A DNA stretch of 64,000 nucleotides. Origin: Podarcis cretensis (Eukaryota). The notes beneath the pieces are model-generated. The model saw only the letters and a list, made by a program, of their open reading frames with translations. It was not told the origin of the DNA and searched no databases. The position numbers and the translations under genes were made by a program. Shown piece after piece: positions 54,512-64,000 of the stretch. Where the stretch lies: assembly GCA_951804945.1 (NCBI GenBank), contig OX638164.1, positions 29,512,001 to 29,576,000 on the forward strand, written 5' to 3'. The stretch's first letter is position 1. Each line of letters begins with the position of its first letter.

Positions 54512-57500
54512 CTTCTTCTTCTTCTTCTTCTTCTTCTTCTATCCCACCCATCTAACTGGGTTGCCCCAGCCACTGGCAACTTCATACTCTTGTATATATT
54601 TTTAAGCTTGGAGATGGCTGATCTGAGTTCCCACAGACATTCATGTACCATCCTTTAGACTGTGATACCTCCGTGCCTGCTGTTGCCTGCTGTCTTTAGC
54701 ATTGGTTCTTTATTGATTTCTAGAACATTATGTTTTATGACATGGGAGCAGGCAGCACTGTGTGTACCATCGTGACTTACCAAGCAGTGAAAACCAAGGA
54801 CTCGGGAACCCAGCCTCAGCTTCAGATTCGGGGTGTTGGGTAAGAGCTTGATTCTTGGAATTAAATTTGCTAGGGAGTCAGGAGAGAGCAGTATATCTGA
54901 AGTAGAAAGGTCCAAACTGGGAGGCGTATTGCACAAAGCAGAATCAAACAAATGCATAATGGATCATGTTGGCTAGGTCCTAGCTGGAGTCAACATGCCT
55001 CTCCCCCCCCCCTTCTTTTTAAAGTGATTTCCTGGGAATTGCAAATGTGGAAAGTGCTATTGCATTTGTTTCCTATTTGATGCTTGCCCATAAGCCACTG
55101 TAAGATTGGGATGCTGGATTTGGATGGACATGTGGTCTGATCTGGCTGCAGGGCACTTGTGGAAGGATGTTTAGAAAACCAAAATGCTGGTTTTGGGGTG
55201 GGAGGGAATAGAGAGATATCAAGCTTGTTGAGAGGAGTGGTAGCTGGAGAGGTAGTTGCTGGGCTTCATCGCAAAGGGGCTGCTGGTTTGAGTAGCTGCT
55301 TCCACTGCATACCTCGTCCTCCTCCTCAGATTTGATCGCACACTGGGAGGGCTGGAGATGGAGCTGCGCCTCCGTGACCATCTGGCCAAACTCTTCAACC
55401 AGCAAAATCCATCAAAGGATGTCCGGAAAAATCTCCGGGCCATGGCCAAGCTACTAAAGGAAGCCAATCGCGTGAAAACAGTACTAAGTGCCAATGCTGA
55501 CCACGTGGCCCAGGTAGGTTGTGTGTGTATCATTTGGTGTGGCCTGGGTGCATGGAAAATGCCTCACCTTCGTAGTCTGCTATAGTCAATTGTAAGCAGC
55601 TATCTGCTTACATGTAGATGAAAAGCTTCTACATTTCATTAAGGTCTTATCCTGTTTTGAAGGCACAGTAGAAGCAGTGTGCTGGCTTCAGAGAGGAAGT
55701 GCTGTAGGTGTCTGTGAGATAAGATGCTCTTGGTTTCTCTCCCTAGATCGAGGGCTTGCTGGATGATATTGACTTCAAGGCCAAAGTTTCACGGCAGGAA
55801 TTGGAGGAGCTGTGCTCTGATTTGTTCCAGCGGGTTGCAGGACCTGTGCAGCAGGCGGTCAGCAGTGCTGAGATTGGTTTGGTAAGTGCGGATGGTTTTG
55901 TTACAAGGTCTCTAGTTTTCACCAAACAACGTGAATTCCACAGCGTAGGCCATGGTGGGAAGCACTTACTGCTCCTTCCAGGCCATCTACATCTGTGCAA
56001 GCAGAACTCTAGATTCAGAAAATGTAACAGAGTTCAAGCTCAGAGATTCAGACCCTGTTATCTTTCCCCAATTCCCAGAATGAAATTGACCAGGTGATCC
56101 TTGTCGGTGGTGCCACTCGCGTCCCAAAGGTGCAGGAATATCTGCTAAAGGCAGTTGGCAAGTAAGCATCAGCCCAGTTTTGGTGGTATTTTCTGCCTCC
56201 CACCCCTCAAAATATTCTCTGTCCAGAGCAGGGTAGCATCTAATCATTCTTCTGTTGACAACACAGGGATGAGCTGGGCAAGAACATCAATGCAGATGAA
56301 GCAGCTGCAATGGGCGCTGTCTACCAAGCAGCTGCCTTGAGCAAAGCCTTTAAGGTGAAGCCTTTCATTGTCCGTGATGCAGCTGTTTTCCCCATCCAGG
56401 TGAGCTGTGGTTCATTATCAAGTATCGGAGTGCTGTGGATTTCAGGGAGAGGGTTGGTAAAAAGCCTGTCTCGGCATTCTGTCTCAAGCAGCCCAAGAAA
56501 AGTGCTGATCTTTGTCGCTTAATGTTGGCATGCAATTGGCTCTCCCGTGTGGTAGAATCTGGAAGAGGTACAGTCTGTTCTTTATCCTCTCCTAACCTTA
56601 GGTTGAGTTCACCCGTGAGGTAGAAGAGGAGGATAAATCCAAAAGCCTTAAGCACAACCGGCGGATCCTGTTCCAGCGCATGGCTCCGTATCCCCAACGG
56701 AAGGTCATCACCTTCAACCGATACACAGATGACTTTGAGTTCCATGTCAACTATGCGGATATGGGCTTCCTGGGTGACAGTGACTTGAAGTGAGTGCAGT
56801 TGTGGGTCAGCCACAAAAAACAGAGCATGCTGGCTCTTGCTTTCCTTTTCCCTTTTGTTATGGTAGTTACAGCTGCCCGGGAGTTTGGTCTAAGGAGCGA
56901 AGAATTAATAGGGTTGCATAAGAAATAAAAACAAAACATGACAGAGGGAGGAATAGCTGGATATTACTCTTTATTGAACATTTGATTGTTTTGAGGAACT
57001 CTTGTATGTGGTAGCTGGAAGTCCCTTCTACTTATTTTTGTTATCTTTTTCTTTATCTTTCTATTCTGTTATTATTTCGCTAAATATTCTTTCCCTTTTA
57101 TTTTCTTTGTTTTGTTTCTGCTTTGGTCTGGTCTTCTATAGTATTTTGAAAAGTCCTAATAAAATCATTTTTTTAAAAAAGGCTTAACTTGACTCATGTC
57201 CTCAGAGTTTATGATTCTGCCTGAACTCAGCTTTATGTCAGTGGCTACGGCTTTGGGAACTCAAATTTGTTCTCGGCTGTTTGAACTTGTACCCTTGCAG
57301 CTGAGTATCCAGGAAATAAAATATCTACATTACTGCCCTTCGGTGTTTCTACAAAGTTTTGTGATTTCTGTGGTAGGGCTAGAGAATGGGAACAGAAAGG
57401 AGGGGTGGCCAGCCGCTGTGCTCACCCATCCCAATGTGTGTCCTTGTGTGGTTTCTGCAGAGCTTTTGGGTCCTTGAACCTCACAAGGGTGAAGCTGCAA

Positions 57501-60500
57501 GGAGTGGGTGAGAGCTTCAAGAAACATTTGGATTACGAGTCCAAAGGCATCAAGGCTCATTTCAACATGGACGAGAGTGGTGTGCTGAGCCTCGATCGTG
57601 TAAGTACCGCTTCAATGCTCTTCATCTCCCGCTCACTTGCTGGGCCTTCCAATCTCATTCTGCTCCGTGTGTTGTCTCCCAGGTAGAATCTGTGTTTGAG
57701 ACTCTGGTGGAGGACAAGCCAGAGGAGGAATCCACGCTAACAAGTGAGTTGGTTGGGTTGCAGCAACAGCTCTTCTCGTACCATGTAGGCAGTTTGACTT
57801 AATCCGCCCCTTCCCAGTTTTCAGCATCACTTTGAGTGGTCGGAAATGAGACCTTTCCAACTCTTTGCCCCTCAGCTTTACAACCAAGCAAGCTGCGGTT
57901 GCAGGGACTGGTTCCTTGGGGTGGGGCCTCTGTTCTTGGCTACCTTTAGTAATCAGGTATGCTGGAGAAACAAGGCAGTGTACACACCAGGGCACTGTTG
58001 GCACTCGGAGACATGGAGGTTTCACATTCATTGAGGGTATTGTAGTTTTTACAGCTGTAGGGGCAGAGGTGGCCTGTGCTGTTTTGCCAGCCAACACCCA
58101 CCCCAAGATTGAGAGGCTACCACATAGATTATGAAGGCATTCACTAAGCAAAGACAAAGATCTGTCCCTTAGGAGGGGATGGGTCAGGTGGCAGATAGGA
58201 GCTGGGTTTTCTGTGTGTAGAACCCAAACCTTTCTTAAATATGTTTCTTCTTTCGAGCAGAGCTTGGGAACACCATCTCTAGTCTCTTTGGAGGAGGGAG
58301 CCCTGTTCCAGAAGCATCCGAAAACTTGACTGAGACTGTTCAGGTGAGCTCTGTTCTGTGGAGAGCCTGCCAGCAAGATGCAGGATTTGAGCCTAATGCA
58401 AATGTCATCAGGGACTTGAAAAGGGGTACAAATATGAAAAAAGATCAGGGGAGGATCCTGGTCTTAGTCTCAAGAGTTCTGTGAACCTGTTCATTGGCAC
58501 TGTGTTCTTGGCTAAAACCATACTAAATACTTAAGAGTCAGAAGGAATCCATGACAAGTGACTGTCGCGGCAGAGCTTGTAGCTGGACCTGCTGGGTCCC
58601 TTCAGAGTCACGCCTGTCTTGGCTGAAGAAGCCTAGCTGCGCAAGGTTCTTATAACACCCTTGGGAATTTCCCCTCTGTTGCCCAGGAGGAAGAGGAGAG
58701 CCAAGCGGAAGCGGGTAAGGAGGACCAGAAGGATGACAATGGGGCTGCTAGTGTGGAGGAAGAAAAGCAGCCAACGCCATCCCCATCTCAGGAAAAAGCT
58801 GCTGAAGATGCTTCAGCTGAGGACCAACAAGAGGAAGGAAGAGAGAAATCAGACTCCCAGGTGAGCAAGCAGTGAGGAGGGTCACTGAAGAGCCTCCCCC
58901 CTTTTTATCCAATAGGAGACAAATGAGAAGGCGTCTATAGGGGTGAAGTTATTGTGGGGAACAGTACTTTTTCACGCTTCAAATCCCCTGAACCACGGTT
59001 GTCTACTTATTGGAGAGGGTGGGAAACTTCCTTTTAAGGTCTGATGCCTATGGGGTTGTGTGAGAATTCTCCTAAAAACTTGGCATCTACATGGTTCCAA
59101 GCATGGCTGAATCCAGGGCCATTACAAAACCTTTTGCTACCTGAAGCAACAAATTTCCACCAACAACAAATTGTACATACAAACTCTGACTGGACCAGCA
59201 GTTGAATTTTTTATTTCATCGTTGCCAGTGGAATAATGCCCTCCACTAACCCTGAGAGCAAGAGTAGTTAAGCAGGTACAGATCTTACAACAGAAAGATA
59301 TGGCCAGGGAACTTGGAAGGAATGCGGTTGGTAGGTGGCTGTTCCCAGAAGTTAGCACTTGAGGTAGTTGCCTCTCTTCCTAACAGCAGGGCCGGCCCAG
59401 CTTAAATTTAAAATTAAAGCAAACCTGTCAAATGTTGGCTCTAGCTGGTGGCTGAAAACAGCCCCCTGTTAGTCCTGGAATTGCTCCCATCTAGGAAGCC
59501 CAAGAAAAGACAGATACTGGGAAGGATGAGGAGCCTACAAAGAGCCCCGAGGGCAATGGTGCCAAAGCAGCCGAGGAGGAGGAGAAAAAGCTGAAGCCGC
59601 CAAAGAAACAAAAGCTGGTGGAAGAGATTGCAGTAGAGCTGGATGTGAATGATGTGCCAGAGTTGCTGCCAGAAGAATTGCAAGACTCCATTAAGAAGTA
59701 GGTGGATCTTCAGGGCTGCCTCTGCCCCCTATCTGTGAGCTGGGATGAGACTGCTTGCAGTCAGTGCATGGGGATGTTTTTTGTCTTCTCCCATTCAGAG
59801 AAGGTTGTGACCTTGGGTACCTTGTTCTTCCCACCTTTTTCTAACATCAGGTTGCAAGAATTGACTGAAAGAGACATAGCAAAGCATGAGAGGGAAAAGT
59901 CAGCCAATGGCCTTGAGGCCTTCATCTTTGAGACTCAGGTAGGTCCCGGGAAAAAGGATCAGAGGGCATTTAGCGGGTTCATCTTGTTGCCGATGTTCCC
60001 ACCCCCATAAAATTATTTCTCTGCTGCCGTTTAACTTATGCTTATCTTGTCTTTTGTGTAAAGTTTCAGCACTATTGCAACTTGAGCTGTAAGAAAATTT
60101 GGAATAGGTCAGGGAGGCTGCCGTGTCGCCTTTAGCTAAATTTCTGTCAGGAGGACGAGCAAACAAAGCCTAAGACTCCTGTTTGGTGAATGTTCCCATA
60201 AGTGACAAGAACTTCAGAGAGATTGATTTTGTGTGTGTGTGTCTCTTACCAGGATAAGCTACAACAGGAGGAGTATAAGTTTGTTTCAACAGAAGACGAG
60301 CGAGAGGAAATTTCCAAGAAGCTGAGCGAAGCTTCCAACTGGATGGAAGAGGAAGGCTATACAGCCACAACTAAGGTTGGGGCACCACTTTGAACTGCCA
60401 ATATCTTTTTCAGGGGAAACTTCTCTGTATTGTTAGGCTAGACTTGAAGATTCTCAGAGTGTGTTTCATGTGGGTTATCTGGTCTACAGAAGTGTCTTTC

Positions 60501-63152
60501 CCTCGCCAAAAGCGTTTTGGAAATTTTAGCCAGTACATTTTGTCAGAATCGGAGAAACGGAAGAATGTGACTTGCTGTGGTTGATGAGAACAACTTTGAA
60601 CTTCCTTGACTGCACTGCCTTCTGGGCAATGGCAAAGTACTTTGTCATTCATAGCTGCAATCATTGTGTGGGATTCCCGTGGTCTGCATGTCTGACCAAC
60701 CTACAAGTGTCACATTTGGCTTGTGTGCCCTCTTAACTTTGGGACGGGGGTTTGAACTCCCTGGGAACTGGATGCCTGTATAATAAATTAGCTGTCACTG
60801 TGGAGCCTCCAGGGCGGAGTTCTAGTGTGTCTCCAGGCAGGCTCAGTTTGTGGATGTTTAACCCCTTCTTCCTGAATTTCCAGACCATCTTTGCAAGATG
60901 ATATATGTGTCCAAGGCAGAATTTTAGCTTTTTAACTTCTATTCCAATTCACAGGAGCTGAAAGAGAGGCTCTCTGAACTGAAGAAGCTGTGTCGGAGCC
61001 TTTTCTTCCGTGTGGAGGAGAGAAGGAAGTGGCCAGACCGTCTAGCTACCCTAGAAAGCTTGCTCAATCACTCCAATATTTTCCTCAAGTACGAGCAACC
61101 AAGATGTCTTTAGTAGGAGAGGAGGGGACTTGGGTTGGGGCAGAGGGGCTTGTCTTACTCACACTAGCAGCTGAGATTAGCACTCTCTGGACCCAAAGGG
61201 TGTGCATGGGGAGCTGTGCAATGCAGCTGTTTAAATCTCAGCAAGGCAACCAGGAGACAAAGAAGCAGTTCACTTTCAGTGAAACCGTTTTTGGTTGTAT
61301 CACACAACAGTTTTATTTTAATAAGCCTTGTTCACAAGCTGATAGTGGCACTCATGGAAGAATAGCTACAGGTTCCAGTGCTGTAGCTTCCTCTTGCTAA
61401 AAGTTATATATGAAAATGGTCCCCATTTATGAGAAGTTGAGATTCTTAGCATGAAACGCTAAACTCTTACCCATGAGAGTTGCTTTCCAAATCTCTGCTA
61501 CCTTGAAAGGAAGTAAGGGTGCATATCAAGGACCAAGATAATTACACATGTGCCCGCTGCTATAAGGGTGTGGTGGAGTTTGCTTTTCTTATGGAGGGCT
61601 GGTATTTTGCCATAGTCATACATACTGGGGGTTTTTTCCTTTCCTTGAACAATATTTTACATTTTTTTGTGTAGAACTTCAGTTACTGATTCCATATCTT
61701 TGTCACCAAATAGAAAGGAAAATTGTTTGAGGCAAAAGAAATTGGCACTCATGGTCACTGGAAAAATAATCCCGCTTTGTAACCATCTCCCAAAGTTTCA
61801 CCTGTTGTCCATCTCACTTGTTAACATGGTTGTCAAACTTAGCAGTTGAAATTAGCTAGAAATGTTATGGCCTAGATATTTCTGTGCTGCATCCTGTGTC
61901 CCAGTTGTCACTTTTCCTAGAATAGTAAAGCTGAAGGTGTTGTCTTTAGCAGTTGTTGTTAGCTGCATAGGAGCCAGTTACACCAACTGGAGAGCTTTAA
62001 TATAGTGTGAAAACTGCTTCAGGGCAAGAGGGAGACACATTTCTCATTCACTTTTTCAGGGGCGCTCGCATGATCCCGGAGGCTGATCAGTTATTCACAG
62101 AGGTAGAGCTAAGCACCTTGGAAAAAGTTATAAACGAGACAACGGTAAGAAGGGTCACAAGGAGTGCAGAAAATCTTTTCAGTATCCAAACTATGTGTGT
62201 TCATGCATGTGCATGTCTTGTCCCTTCTGCTCTAGGCTCCAAAAGATACCCCTTTTGGTCTTTTTACTTAGAATGTTGTGATTCAGTTCACAGGTAAACC
62301 TAAGAATCCTGCCAAAATACAGTAAGCCCACAACTTGGGCTTGCTTTATGGAGTATGGGGTATGAATGAATGAATGGTTGTAGAAATGGGGCTCAGCAGA
62401 GGCCACGTGGAGCTTTCAAGCAGTGATTTTGCATAGATTCGTGGCGTGTCAGGTCAGAAGGCCATTGGCACTTGGTAAATGAGCAGCACCAAACAGGGCT
62501 GGTCTTATCAAGTGGAGCCTAAGGATAATATGTTTTCCTGGGTTTGTTTGTTTTAGTTGTGGAAGAATGAGACCCTGGCAGAACAGACCAAGCTGTCGCC
62601 CGCCGAGAAGCCTATTCTGCTTTCCAAAGACATTGAGCTGAAGATTGCAGCTCTGGACAGGGAAGTGCAATACCTCCTCAACAAAGCCAAGTTTTCAAAG
62701 ATCAGGCCCCCCAAGAAGAACACCACAAAAACAGAAGCGGGCAAGAACACCACTGTGCCTCCTGAGGGTGAAAAGGTCATTCCTCCCAAGGATGAGAATC
62801 AAAAAGGTAAGAAGGTCTCGCAGCAGCATCAGTAGTCTTCTAATTCCCCTGTTCATATTCCCTGGTGTTTGAAACTAGCCCTGTGGAAGACTGCTTGGTG
62901 TAAAAGAGGGTCCTCATTCTTTGCTGCCTCTTCTAGCCTTTAGTTGGTTGCTCCATGAGCTGTGTTGTAAATGGCTCAAATTTCTCTTGGGTGATGTGGT
63001 GTGCATCCAGTTTGGTCATTGCACATACCTCTGCAACTATGGATACCTTTTTTTCTCCTTCCAACCAGATAAACCAGAAGATGCTAGCCCAGTCAAAGAA
63101 CCACCCATAGAAGAAAAAGCACCACTGGATGATGAATTGGGACCAGACTCTG
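49533..63152 (+). CDS. HYOU1: Hypoxia up-regulated 1 (ORP150/GRP170, ER Hsp70-family nucleotide exchange factor), 23 coding exons; 3' partial, terminal exon beyond 64000
   Basis: Exons 49533-49599, 51747-51840, 52457-52535, 52947-53101, 53356-53432, 53562-53743, 54724-54839, 55330-55513, 55747-55881, 56079-56161, 56267-56399, 56602-56789, 57461-57599, 57683-57743, 58261-58343, 58687-58860, 59495-59697, 59851-59938, 60253-60375, 60955-61088, 62060-62144, 62557-62806, 63069-63152; phases consistent. Signal peptide [22 protein letters not shown]; motifs [56 protein letters not shown]. Confidence 0.96.
49738..50018 (-). mobile_element. tRNA(Lys)-like SINE interrupted by a palindromic hAT MITE (49787-49923)
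   Basis: MITE termini CAGGGTTTCCCAAA...TTTGGGGAACCCTG with degenerate 8-bp TSD ATCTAGTC/ATCAAGCC. The flanks rejoin into a SINE like 41018-41136. Confidence 0.78.
54482..54540. repeat. (CTT)n microsatellite in a HYOU1 intron
   Basis: About 19 perfect units, read directly. Confidence 0.92.
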
Positions 63153-64000
63153 GTAAGGAATGAATCAATTTATTTTGATCACTGACCAGAACTCTGGTAA
63201 GGAAATATTAGGCTGAGAGAATTGGAATTCCCTAGGCCATGTGATTGCTTTTTCTTGGGTTCTTCACATCATAGTGGGAATTCAGGAACCCTTTTTTCTG
63301 GAGCCATGCTATTCTGGGCCTCAAATTCACAATGTGAAACAATGTAAGGAAACAAGTTATCCAAATTATTATTTTAATAGCCGTAGTCAATTTATACAGT
63401 TGATGCTGGGAAACTCCATGCCACCCTGGGAATTGGCTGCAAGGCAGGGGGAGACGTGGCTGCTTTCAGAAAAGACTTTTACAGCTGAAATGGGCACTGT
63501 GATGCTTAAGGGGCACCAATAGCATTCCCAACATTCAGGGAGGGAGGAAGAGGAAAGACAGCAATAAAGAGGAATGAGCTATTCCCAGACAAGGCTTGCT
63601 CTCTCCTCCTTGCCCTGCCAACTCAGGGGAAGGGTGCTCCTGGCAAAAGCTCCTCGCCAAGTGATCTCAACAGTCCTGATGGAAGAAGGGGCCTCAAGAG
63701 CACGTGTAGGGAATTTAAGTGGCACAAATGTGTGGGTTTAAAGTGCCACAAAACTGATTGATTTTTTATGCAGCATGCATCTCAAGGATAGCAATGTATT
63801 TTTTTCCCCAATTACCCTTTTCTTACTTCCTGTTTACCTCATCCCTGCACTGCACGAGGGTTGGCACTGGGAATCTTGAAGAACCAAATCCCTTTGGAAT
63901 CCCTAATATGTTTAAGTCTCAAGCCATGGCTTTATCTGCCTGCTCTTGCTTTCTAACCCTGCTACCCTGTTTCTTACTCTTTGTGTATCTGAACATGTTT

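Noticed and set aside
57633-58376. 247-aa ORF antisense to HYOU1
   Set aside because: Spans intron and exon sequence, has no recognisable motif, and is within chance expectation for a 64-kb window.

Overview
Eukaryotic DNA from a squamate reptile, probably a lacertid lizard, inferred from Sauria-SINE copies with (ACCTTT)n tails. The window holds the conserved vertebrate block C2CD2L(-, first coding exon only) / DPAGT1(+, complete, 9 coding exons, 406 aa) / H2AX(+, intronless, 146 aa) / HMBS(-, complete, 14 housekeeping coding exons, 358 aa) / VPS11(-, complete, 16 exons, 923 aa) / HYOU1(+, 23 coding exons, last exon outside the window). Exons were read by hand from splice sites and their phases add up. 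Introns and intergenic DNA carry Sauria SINEs, tRNA-head SINEs, CR1/L2 fragments, Tigger-like and hAT MITEs, a solo LTR and microsatellites. I see no wholly new gene system. The best leads are: (1) a candidate protein-coding erythroid first exon of HMBS ([10 protein letters not shown]) with a GATA/KLF promoter, paired with loss of the internal Met that mammals use; (2) a divergent H2AX with no histone stem-loop; (3) a duplicated splice donor that could yield HYOU1 without its ER-retention tail; (4) a compact VPS11/HYOU1 head-to-head promoter combining CLEAR and ERSE elements; (5) two U12 introns and one GC-AG intron; (6) a solo LTR flanked by a 96-bp duplication; (7) uORFs in HMBS and DPAGT1. 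Comparisons to human are from memory and need checking.
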